From positions 930,001 through 994,000 of the forward strand of contig NOWV01000003.1 of assembly GCA_003344405.1 (NCBI GenBank): a DNA stretch of 64,000 bases. The letters are read 5' to 3'. The position numbers and the translations under genes were made by a program. A model generated the notes under the pieces. The model worked only from the letters and a program-made list of their open reading frames with translations. It was not told the DNA's origin and ran no database searches. This stretch comes from Trichoplax sp. H2. Lineage: Eukaryota. Shown piece after piece: positions 40,067 to 52,001 of this stretch; the first letter of the stretch is position 1; each line of letters opens with the position of its first letter.

Positions 40067-41677
40067 TAACCCTTCCATGCCGAGGTAACTAGCTACAGTA
40101 TTATAAGTAAGTAATCATAATTATCAGAGGTATCTAGAATCGCTGCTTTCGTTTTAATACCAATAATACAATACAATTGAATACAAGATACTGTACCTGA
40201 TAAAATGTTGCAAAAATCCCAACAATTATACTTCAATAGATTGACTAGCTTCATTAATTTTTGTAATTTTATTAATTTGAATGCACAGTATCTAAAAATT
40301 GATCTTCTGTAGTTGATATCACATAGTAATTATGACTGTGTACACCAGAGGTAAAAAAAACCCTAAACTATCTATCGAATACTACGTCATGCTAAGAATT
40401 GACTTTCTTATATTCCCTAGGAAACTGCAAAACCTAGCAACAATCGCGTTTTACAACTAGATTCCAATTGGTTTTCATAACTGCCTTAATTAACCACTTA
40501 ATGTTATCGTGATAATGTATTAAATGAGCTATGGTTATATTTTAACGATGTAAACAAAGGTTTAATGGTCTGGGTCACAGTTAATCAATCACTCGTGAAT
40601 GTATGCGATATTGAAAAATGATGACGCTGCGTTAGTTAACTTTATAAGAACATTTGATGGTTTCAATCTGTGACTTCCTTGTCTGACTATAGGACACGTA
40701 ATACGTTTTCTTGTGCTACCATTTCTTTGATTGAACACTTTTCATACTTTACGGGTGTGTTGAAACACGAGTACAATATACGTAGCAGTTTGAGATTGCA
40801 ATAGCGTTCTATTAGTTTTCACCTATAGTACCTACGATTATATTATTATAAATACGTATTTTAGCTTTCTTGTATGGGTCTCAACTTGTATTGGAATAAA
40901 AACTTTTAAAATCTTTTTGACAAAATTGATTTTAAATTACTTTGTTGTAGTGTAGGTACTATTGCTATTCCGATGTATGTTAAAGAATGAATGATTAACT
41001 TATTAAAATTGTTACCTGAATTTTTAATAATAATATAGTATAAAGTAGCACCGTTACGGCAAAAAGACGTACGAAAGATTTTCGGAAGTAGAGTACTATG
41101 TTGTACCATAATTTTAAATCAAATTTAAAACTCCAATTTAAACCGTACGATTTTTATTATCCTACCACAATTTAAAGGTAATATGGAAAGAAAATATATG
41201 TAAAGATGTTACCGATATTATCAATTTAGTCAAGGCGATTGAAAGAAGTTTTTACAAACAGCTGTTCATTGCATAATTCAAAGTTAGAAGCTCTTAATGA
41301 CAGCGTATTAATTAATTGATAAACAATCATTTTTTATAAGTAAAAATGGTATCCATTAACACCTAGCTAAAGAAAAGTCGTTTAGTAATGTAATGATTCC
41401 GTTCTAGCTTCTAGATCAAATTGTTCATACGTTCGGTAATTACTAATACTCTTAGAATGAATGTGCATTAACAACGTAAATTGTTATATTATCGCATATA
41501 CAGTATTATATACGAACAATATATATAAGTATATACAGCGCAGTGTGCGTCAGTTCTACTTTCTGTAGGCATCAGACAGAGATCAATGACCAGAAATAAA
41601 TTCTAAAAAATATCCAGGGAGGTAGCCTACCATATCTCGGAGAAGATGAAAGAAGCATATATTCAATTTTGATTGCC

Positions 41678-44600
41678 TCAGTGTGAAAGAATAAATTTTC
41701 CATTCTGAAGTTGTCTTATATAAACCCTTATTTTACTACCGTCTTCTTTCCCAAGCCAGACTTCGCTAGTGTTAATTGAGCAAATGATAGCTCTAATATG
41801 ATGATGAGGTATAATTAAAAATTAATAACAGACATTAATTACAGAGTTTTACGCTAATAATCAATCGTTTGTAAAAAGCAAGGATCTGCAAATAACCTGA
41901 TTTTAGTTCTTTTGTCGTCTAATGTTACCTGTCCACCTTTAAGTAACCTGATTAAATAGATGTAAAAAGAGTCAGGAAATACTGTTCAAATGGTACACGT
42001 CTCAAACATAAGAACACTGATACTTAAGTAGCAGTTAACAATTAAGTTACATAATAAAAATAGCAATCATTCCAGCAACAAACCATTTAACTAAATATAA
42101 TAAGTACACAGTTAAATTTTATTATTTTCGCTATTGGGTGGGACTGTGGTGCGATAATGAATCGGTACTTTGGGATAAGATGAATAGACTTACGTCTGCC
42201 CTTCATAAATTAATTTACCATCTTCGAATCTGGCATTATAACGATGATCATCACCATGGTAAGAATCTAATATCAAATAACTGATTTAATATTGTGGGCG
42301 TATCGTGTAATGTGCATGATACGATATTACTGTAAATTACTGTAATATTCTAATATCATCATAATTTTAGAATTAAAATCACAAAAAGCTTACGATCAGA
42401 TCTTCTTCTGGCAGCGATTCCCCTTGCCTATAAAACAGAATATTTTGAATAATTAATTGGATATTTAAATAATGAAAGAATGATATTCCGAGAGCTAATT
42501 ATCTATAATAAATTTAAGATTTACTTTTCGTAAAGTCGTCCAATCCTCTAGAATATCGACTTCACGCAGCATATAGACAATATAAGGACTTGAGATTTGT
42601 TAAAGAAGATACTTAGAAATGACAGTAATATTTTCATATATCGTTAAAGAATTCGGTAAATAGCAACAACTCAAAGCATAGAAGTGAATGAGGATATCAG
42701 ACACAGTTACAGGTTTCTTGCGCTTCTGTGGGTACAACAATCCATCAGTGCTATCACGTTTGCGACTTCCTTTCATTGAGGTATTATCAGAACTTTTATA
42801 CCAGAGTTCTGCAAAAGATGCCATAAAAAGGTATGATATTACTCTACAGAGCAAGGTAAATCTGCCAATAAGATGTAATGGCAAAATAAAATTACAAACG
42901 CTCCTTACCTGATGACAAATCAACACAGTTGCGATCTTCTTCAAGTTTACGAACTTTTTCTTCATATTCAGCGCACATTGACTCTAACAATGCTCTTTTT
43001 TCGCTCTATTTATAAATCAAATAAATCAAGTAGAATAGTAACTGATTATTAATAAAGTAATTACTGTTATTACTGTCTGATCTAGAGTAAAATGTCGATA
43101 AAATGTAAAGTACGTTAGCAATGTGGTATACTGCTCCATGATTAATTAGAATTCTTAACTATTAACCTCAAAATGTTGCTGTGAAGCGATTTTTTCAGCT
43201 TCGAATATGGTTGTTATAATTTGAGCCTATAACAAAGATTAGAGTTTTACTACGTAAGAATTTACCAATTGCGTAGGATCTTATTTGCAATATTTAAATA
43301 ACATACCTTACAGTCTCTAATTAATTCTAAATGATTACGTAAATAAAATAATTAATAGATTGAATAAAGATCGATAATATCACTTGAAACATTGCATCGC
43401 TTACCAGACACACTGTTACGCTTTTTACAATGATCCTCGATTTCCGCTCTAGATGCAATATACTCTTCCGCGGTTTCTAATTAAGGGTTAAGTTATAGTT
43501 GTTATAATTACTGAAAGAGCTTAATATGATATAGGTTATACTACACAGACATCATCTTGAATTCTATACAAAGACAATTTCAGCATTGATACTAGTTGAA
43601 ACAAGGTACTACAGTAATTTTTTTATTTCAACTAGACTATCTACCCAATGGATAGTGACATAATATATGGCTGCTTGCAAGCAAATGTATATTAATACGG
43701 ATAAATAAGTTACAAGATTTATAGCACTGCACAAAAATTACTTGGTCGAGGCATAATCTGGAGTTACTAAGGGGTTTACGGACAAATTTTTGCCTAGCAT
43801 CTACTTAAAGTATAATCCGATCGTTTTAGGCTTTCGTAGGAGTTCTTAGTATCATTGACGTAGCTTAAATTGTAGCATAAATGCAAAAAAAATGTAGCAG
43901 CGTATTTCTCAGGATTGTATAAAAATAATAATAAATGATTGATTGTTCGCTACAGTATAGGCCAGGGCCCTAACTTTCAGTGAGTAAATTAAGAAGGATA
44001 TTCTTGACAATAAACACGCATATTTCACTACTACATAATGATGTCAGCAACACAATAGGTCATTTATCTAGCATCTTCAGATTAGCTACTGATTTACTCT
44101 ACGAGATATATCAAAGAAATTCACACCTTTAGAAGGAGTAAAAATTGTCTGTATACAAAGTACAGCAATATTAGTATAACTTTTAAAATTAATAACTATC
44201 ATTGTAAGTAGTCGAATACAGACAGAATCCTGCTAATTAATATGAAATGGAATATCAATTATTTACGCAAGTACCATATCGATTTTATAGAATATTACAG
44301 TAAATTCATAGTAATTCACGATTTTTGGAGTGTTTTCAACTTGCATATTTTAATACAAATTTTGTGAGGTACTCTACAGTTGGCACTATAAAGAATGATA
44401 CCGTGGGTAAGGAAGTGAAGGTAGTCCATACTACATCATTAAACCGCAATATACTATATATCCAGAAGCGATGCATAGACTCGGAAAAATCCGCGTATTT
44501 TGAAGATTAAATCCCATTTATTTCAGAACGTAGCTTTCTCGATTTTATATCTGTGGTTCGGATAAATACTGTATAGTAAATGATAGTATACAACCTTTAC

Positions 44601-45992
44601 CTCTTGTGCACGCGCACGTATATTAATTACTCCGAATCTATTATGCAAAAGTGTAAGCGTAAATAATTGCAGCTTATTGAAATAACGCAGCCACTGCGTT
44701 CAAGAGGCAATGAGTACTGTATATAGTATACATTAAGGCAGAAGGGTAACAGCAGCATGTATACTACAAGAACTAGGTAATTTTAGAGGTTGTACAACAA
44801 ATATTATACACGTACGCGCATATGGGGTATGTGTATAAATATCTGTAATGCATGCAACTGTCGTGAGCAGATAGATTACTGCCAAATATCTAATGAAAGT
44901 GGACGAGATTGTTACGAATACTACACTTTTCAATCTGTGATCTGTAGTTTAGTCTACTGGAATTCACTGGTAGTAGGCTATATCATTTAACATTGCGATT
45001 AGCTAAGTAAAAAAATGTAGAATTGTACCGTTTTTGATTTCCTCCGCTTTCTGATTCAATTCATTTAATCTTTCTTGAAAGAATCTATAAGATGATGAAA
45101 GATAATTTATGTTAGTTATGACAGACTGTCCAAAAAAAATATCTTACCCGATAGGACGATTGCATTTCAAAAATTAAATGACGCAACACAGTAATCATAT
45201 CTAGCTGAAAACAACTGCAGCAAAGTGTGAAGAATAATCCTAAATAATCATGGTAGCGGTTGGAGAATTATTTCTAAATATGATACAGTATCGTATATCA
45301 ATATCGTAGTTGCGATAACTATCTGATCACAATCAAAATAAAATATGTTTCATAATTAAGTACTGCAAATGTATAAAATATACCTGTCCTTGATCTCGAT
45401 AAATTTTTTTTCTAAAACCGACATATCTTGTAAGCATTCATCCTTTCTTCTTTCATTAGCTTCTTCATCGACTGAAAGAGAATGTAACAAACCGTGTGAC
45501 ATAGTATGGCAAGCCTTAACCACACATCTCATGGTATTTTATAAAAGCAATTATTATTTACTGCATTTTTAAACTTAATAGTAGATGGGTTGTTATTTGA
45601 AGTGTACTGCGACAGATCAATATTGTAAGTCAAAATCTGTAATCAGCATCTTGTTCAAGCCCTTATTGCTACAACTACTGGAATGAAATTATACAATCTA
45701 TGGTTAAAATGAATCATGTAAAGATGTAGTAATACAAAATGTCGTATCATGTCTACAGCTTGTATCTCAAAGCTCAACTAAGACGTACTGTCCCTAGAAT
45801 AGTACGTTAGTTCAAGTCTTGCACTTTACCTTGATCATCGCTATCCTCAGTTTCGGCTTCTTCATCTTCATCCCCTTCTTCATCTTCTTCGCATTCTTCT
45901 TCTTCCTGTACTACTTTCTTTTCGTCTTTAAGATTCTTCTCGCTAGTATCCGTAGAATTAGCAGTAGTTTTATTTTGTAAAGACGGCATCAT
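41678..45992 (-). CDS. BRMS1L: BRMS1/BRMS1-like (Sds3 family, Sin3-HDAC complex subunit), many small exons
   Basis: Acidic N-terminus; [71 protein letters not shown]-terminal [12 protein letters not shown] and [28 protein letters not shown]. The C-terminal extension is closer to BRMS1L than BRMS1. Confidence 0.88.
42590..42697 (-). other. U12-type (minor spliceosome) intron with AT...AA termini
   Basis: 5' site ATATCCTC; branch site TTCTTTAAC about 10 nt from the 3' end; reading frame VS-G-PYIVYML requires the intron to end ...CTCAA. Confidence 0.8.
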
Positions 45993-46114
45993 GCGTCTAA
46001 TTCCGATCTAACGATGCTAATAATTTGGCTGCTCTGCTATTTGCTCAATCTTTTTCCTGCTTCTGCGTCGGTATAAATGTTAAAAACATTTGTTATTGCA
46101 GTGCATAACGTCTA

Positions 46115-46545
46115 GGCGGTACAGTACGCATGCACCGTACAAGGGTACCGCTTCCGAAACGAAACCGTCTCTGAGCTTCTCCTACTGATGTGCATTGGAC
46201 AGACACACTCACGGTGGTGGTGGTGTTCAAACAGGCATTTCGCACTAGGAGATTGACTACAAAAAAAATCTCCATGCTGTATGGTGCAGTGTGCTCGGCA
46301 CGTGCTGACGTACGGCTGCCGGGTTGCGTGCAGTACATACTGTACAGTCCAATGTACTGTACACTGTACACTTTACATTTACTGTGCTGTACTGTACACT
46401 GTACTGTACACGAGTTGGAGGTGAAACCATAGTCCATAGGGTATGTCCAAGTGTCCGTTGTCCAAGTCTCCTTCTAGTGGTCCATGTATTGGGTTATGGT
46501 TTTACAGTATTTGTATGACATACTGTACAGTATACAGTACATTAA
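46115..46545. repeat. ACTGT/ACAGT pentamer island in the BRMS1-NDH2 divergent region
   Basis: cagtacatactgtacagtccaatgtactgtacactgtacac...gctgtactgtacactgtactgtacac...tactgtacagtatacagtac. Confidence 0.85.
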
Positions 46546-47928
46546 AAAAGCTGTCAAAGTAAAATCATCAAGGTGACTAAAATATTATGCGGGATTTCAT
46601 TTAATTAAAATGATCAGCAAAACAGTCAAGTCTAATCAAATAAAACATGCTCGTGCATAGCTGTGTTTTCACCGTACAGTACAGTGAAGGTGCATCAAGG
46701 AGTGCAGTAGGTTGAAGAAGACCAGGATCCTTCTTGTTCTAACGTTATAAGTACCTGCGTTGCCTTAGTTTATTACAAGTTATGCGAAAAGTTTGGAAAG
46801 GGACATTGAAGAAACGTTTTTAGATTCAGATAGATTTACAATATAGTGCACTATACTTCAGATCACTGCTACTGTATACTGTACAGTACCATGTATCGTC
46901 GTATACGTTCGCTTCCTAGCGAGCGGATTCAGGCTAGTATATGTAAATAAAAGTCATCATATTGTATTCTTGGACACATACATAGCAAGAAAATACTCAA
47001 GAAAATTCAGTCCACGTTACTAACTTTAAAAGAAAGAGCAAATTATTCGGAATTGTTAGCTGCAGTTAGCTAGTGGAACACCGAGAGCATTTGCCATCAG
47101 ACTCTTCCAAAATAGTATTACACTGTAAATAGTCGTCTAAGTCTAAAATCTGTCCGCCCCTTTATTGGATAATAAAAAAGTTGCACTTTCGCCCATGATT
47201 TGCGGCGAATCAACTGCAAGATACCTTATGAGTGGACAGTAGGTAGGCATGACGGGGTAGGGTACGAGAATGCTCATTAATGCTCATTGCTGATAGACAA
47301 AGTTCAGCCAGAGGAGCCAGCATGGCAAGAAGCTGCAGCTATACATTATAACTACGATTTCTCTATTTGTCACATACTGTACAAAACGTTAGTGCTGCCA
47401 AAATTTGCATAGCAAGTCCACCAGCACGATCTCATTCTTATACCACCTTTTAACCTTAAAGGGTATTTTATAAGCTTGCTAATATTCAAAATGAAAAAGT
47501 CTATACATAAACGTTAGTCGTATACACGTATAATAATTCATTTTTATGTCAAGTATGGCACTTGCAAGGGTATAACCAAGGTAGAAGAAAAGAATCTTTG
47601 TTTTGCTAGTATTTATTCTCCTATGCAACATCGTAGATGGATACAGTATGCTAATAGAAATGTACAGTATACTACAGTATGCTTGTATGTTTAAGGAATG
47701 AATGACATAGTACTAGTTACTATGGTAAGAGTGTAGGCTGTTAGTTATACTATTAGACAACTAAAGCCAACGATATTGACAGTAGTGTACCTACTATTTA
47801 CGGCCCCAATGCTGTAGCTATACTGAATGATAGGATAGAAAGAGTCCATAAAAATTGATTCAATTTGAATGAATATTCAGTACGCATTCATTTATAAACT
47901 ATAAATTGATATCTGCATAGGTAAGAAA

Positions 47929-50833
47929 ATGTTGGCACTTAGAAGAACTAGTGCAAAGATCTCCAATCTTAACAGTAATTTCACTCATCAACTTCGAAGC
48001 TATGCATCATCGAGACAACAACTAGTGATATTAGGCACTGGATGGGGCGGCTTTGCCCTATTAAAAAATATCGATAAGAGAAAGTATGATGTGGTGGTTG
48101 TTAGCCCACGAAATCATTTCTTATTTACACCCTTATTGCCGAGTACAACTGTTGGAACATTAGAATTTCGTAGTATTATTGATCCTATTCGAAATCATGG
48201 CTTTCGTGATGAGAAACATTTTCACTTAGCAGAAGCAGAAGATATCGAATTCAAAAGAAAAATAATATCATGCCGCTCCGCCTTGCAACCTTCACTTACC
48301 TACGAATTAAAGTATAATAAATTAGCTATCTGTGTAGGCGCTGTACCGAACACATTTGGAGTGCCTGGAGTGTATGAACATGCCTATTTCCTCAAGGTTT
48401 GCAAAATACGATACTACGAAATGCAATGGAATTCTTACTGTATACTATACCGTTATTGCAATTAACACTACAAAATAACCTCCTTTCTACGGTAGTAAAG
48501 TTATGGTTAATATCGGTTAATGGGTAGCATCGGTGTTATCCACTAATTCTCCTGGATGGGATCGGCATTAGCTAGAACAGTTCCATACATGCAAAAAATA
48601 CAGATTACGTATCCGATACGAGTATAGTAATACTTTGTGATCAACTCTAGTTGCATAAAATGCCCAGTGTGTAGTACTCGTATTTCCTCTCATCATTTAC
48701 GTATTTAATTAATGAACTAATTAATTTGTACTTCCATATCATGTTACTATCTCATAGTATCGCCCAACTACAGTGCTTGCTTACTCATATACGCATAAAA
48801 TAGTAATTAAGCATTCTTGTATAGGAAATAGCCGATGCTCGAGCAATTCGTCATCGTATCCTGCGCAACTTTGAGCTCAGTACAGAAAGCGTAATTAAAG
48901 ATGGAGATCGTAAGCGTTTATTACACACTGTTATTGTTGGTGGTGGCCCAACTGGAGTAGAATTTGGAGCTGAATTGTATGACTTTATTATACAGGTAAA
49001 CGTCACTACTTTTGCTACTCCCGCTGTAAATTATACTTACTGAATTTGCAGTATGACGATTTCCGATAACGCATTTTACTTACACTTCTACTCGAATGCT
49101 AATTATTAGACGTTATTAGAAGCTTTTATATAAACTAGTAAAGTTTACCCCTTCTAAGCTTCACTATGATAATCCCAGGACGTCGCTAAAATCTTTCCCA
49201 GTTTGCAAAATATGGTCCATGTCACGCTCGTGGAATCAAGAGAAATATTACCATCATTTGATGATCGATTAAGAGCTCATGCCGAAAAAAAAATTGGTAA
49301 ACGTGAGAGAATGAAGTTATTAAGAGGAACTGTTGCTGGTAAGGTGTTAACGGTGTAAAGGATAATAGCGTAATTCATGACACGCTGCAGCAGTTAAAAC
49401 TACGCTGTTTATCAGTCATAAGCTGAATACTGACTGACCTGATCATGTTAATACTCGATATTACATGCCATTGCAATAGAGGTCAACCACGACGGCATTA
49501 AGTTAACAGACGGCACAAACATTCAGTGTGGCTTAACGGTCTGGTCTGCAGGCTTAGCACCAAGGTCTTTAATCAAAAATGAGAATGCACTATTGCTACC
49601 TCTAAGAAAATTCCGTAATTATGATCATCTGTTAATCTAGATGCTAGTATTAAAGATAAATTTAAATCTAAAAGATTGTATAATTTGTATCCAGTTTCTT
49701 TACAATAAAATGGTTTTAGAGTGTGTCAAGTGGTCTATCAAAATTAATGGTTTTTATTGATTTATTTGTATCAATGTAAAATGTTTTTGTAGAGAATTAA
49801 CTACTCGTTTGGATCTTCCTAAAACCAAACAAGGACAGGTATTTACTATACACTATTGTAATTATTATGATGTTCAGTTTCATACTGGTAAATTTTCCAT
49901 AGCAAAATGTATATTTGCAGTAGGCTTTGTCATAGGCTTTGACAGTCATGTTTATTAATTAAGCAAAATTATTGATACCAGTCATTCCGCTAGTTTATTA
50001 CCTCTAACGTATAGTACCACCGCTCATGGACCGCATACAAACTCCTTTTCTATAATAGTAAATGCCGAAAGTTTTAAAATTAATACGTACATACAAGTAT
50101 AGTGTTTGCTTTATTAATCGTGTGACAATATTAACACTATGTTAGGTCATTGTCGACAATTATCTCCATACGATAAAACAGGACGTTGAAGGTGTCTACG
50201 CTTTAGGGGACTGTTCATACCTTCAAAGTACACCCTTACCGTGTACTGCACAGGTAATTGAAGTATTTTATGCATTTGTTACTATAACTGCCAGAAGATA
50301 TGACAATATAATTAATGGAGCAATTAGGTAGTATACCTTCAAAAACAATAAATTTCATACGCCATGATCTGGCCTCAAATTTGAAATCTCAATTGCAAAG
50401 TTAATAATCACTATCATATTTAGAACAGTATCGAGATTCTTTCAATCAATATCAAATTTTGTACTGATAGGTTGCAGAAAGAGAAGGTAAGTACTTAGCA
50501 AAGGTACTAAGTAGCAGTCAGTCAGCTCCAAAGCCTTTCTTTTTTAAAAGCCTTGGTATGCTTGCATACGTTGGAGAACAAGATTCCCTAACTGATCTGC
50601 CTTATGTGAAGTGGCAAGGTCTTATACTACTAATGCTAAAGTTATTTTTCAAACTTCATTACGTAATTAGTAACGCATCTTTCTAATCTTTATCTGACAT
50701 TATAGGTTTTAAATCATGGATATTGTGGCATTTGGCATACACAACTCGTCTGGGAAGCTGGAGATTAAGAATGCAAGTTCCAATTGATTGGTTTAAGACC
50801 TTCATCTACGGCAGGGATATTTCTAGATTTTAG
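47929..50833 (+). CDS. Alternative (type II) NADH:ubiquinone oxidoreductase, NDA/Ndi1-like, mitochondrial (8 exons)
   Basis: Exons ~47929-48396, 48825-48995, ~49179-49318, ~49480-49564, ~49793-49838, ~50146-50253, ~50471-50618, ~50706-50833. Arg/Ser-rich presequence; LVILGTGWGG; SPRNHFLFTPLLPSTTVGTLEFRS; VIVGGGPTGVEFGAEL; VWSAG; VYALGDC; AQVAEREGKYLA; GRDISRF. Confidence 0.95.
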
Positions 50834-52001
50834 TTTTTATGCATAAATTCAAATAGTTACTTTTGAGGACTACGGTATCACTCTAAAAATACGTCACTAC
50901 TTCTATATATAAATAAGTATATGGCAAAATAACATTTTGAACAAATATAGTCTAAAAACTTATGTACTTAAATTTTTTTAAGGAATTTATTGCATTTTAC
51001 AGTCATAAAAATATGATAAAGCAATAATAATAAGATATCATAACTTAAGCCTATTAATCACCTTATTCTTATCGCTCATTTAAACAACTGAATCTATTTG
51101 TATAGATAGATTTACGATTTATCGGTTGCTATTCCTAGATATCTGCAAAATACCATATAAATCCACCCAACCATGGTAGAGTACTAATGCTATATGCATG
51201 AGTCTTAGTTGTGCACTCTGTAATAAAGTGAACTTTTCCAGTACCGTATCACACTACAATAATCAATGCTGACCACAAAAAGTGTGTGTGATGATCACAG
51301 AGAATTTCAATGTACTGCATAGCTTCTCTACTTTCGTAAAAACATGCTTGATTTATTTATCTATCTTCATGCTCTGTAGCCATACAGTTATTACCTAGGT
51401 GTACGTATACAATTACTTTCGTTATAATGTATCATTTGAATAAAATCAATGAAGGCAGAATTTAACATTCTTGGACGACCATCTCTTATAGCTCTGAGCT
51501 TTTCTTTCTATCATTTTATGACTGATAACATGCACATCCATATACTGATGTCAATTAACTACTATAGTTTATTGGATCTAACACCTAACGGACATCGTTT
51601 TCCATAAGCATTTGATAAATTTAGGTGTTTATTTCACCGTTATGTCATAAATGATCCTATTGCCCCTTCATATTAAATTTCCGAGGTAAACCGTTAATTG
51701 GTACCGAATACTTTTATATTAAATACAGTAATACTTCAATGCGAGACTAATTTAACATGTTAGTTTAACTGTTCTGTCGGAAGCTTACAAGTCCAATGGA
51801 ATGGCATGTATGCGATTAACAGCACCGATAGCGAACTTTTTAGGCAGATATATATAAATCTAATTTTATTGGTAAAGTCGTAAGATCACTTTATTACATA
51901 GTTAACAGCAAAAGACGATCGGTTATATGGCAATGGTTATACATCAATATTTATGTAATGTAGCTGAAGAATTTTTCGATTTTAACTTGAACTAAGATAT
52001 G

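Noticed and set aside
47929..50833. NDH-2 as contamination or recent bacterial transfer
   Set aside because: It has seven host-like spliceosomal introns, a presequence, host-like composition and a host-type promoter island.
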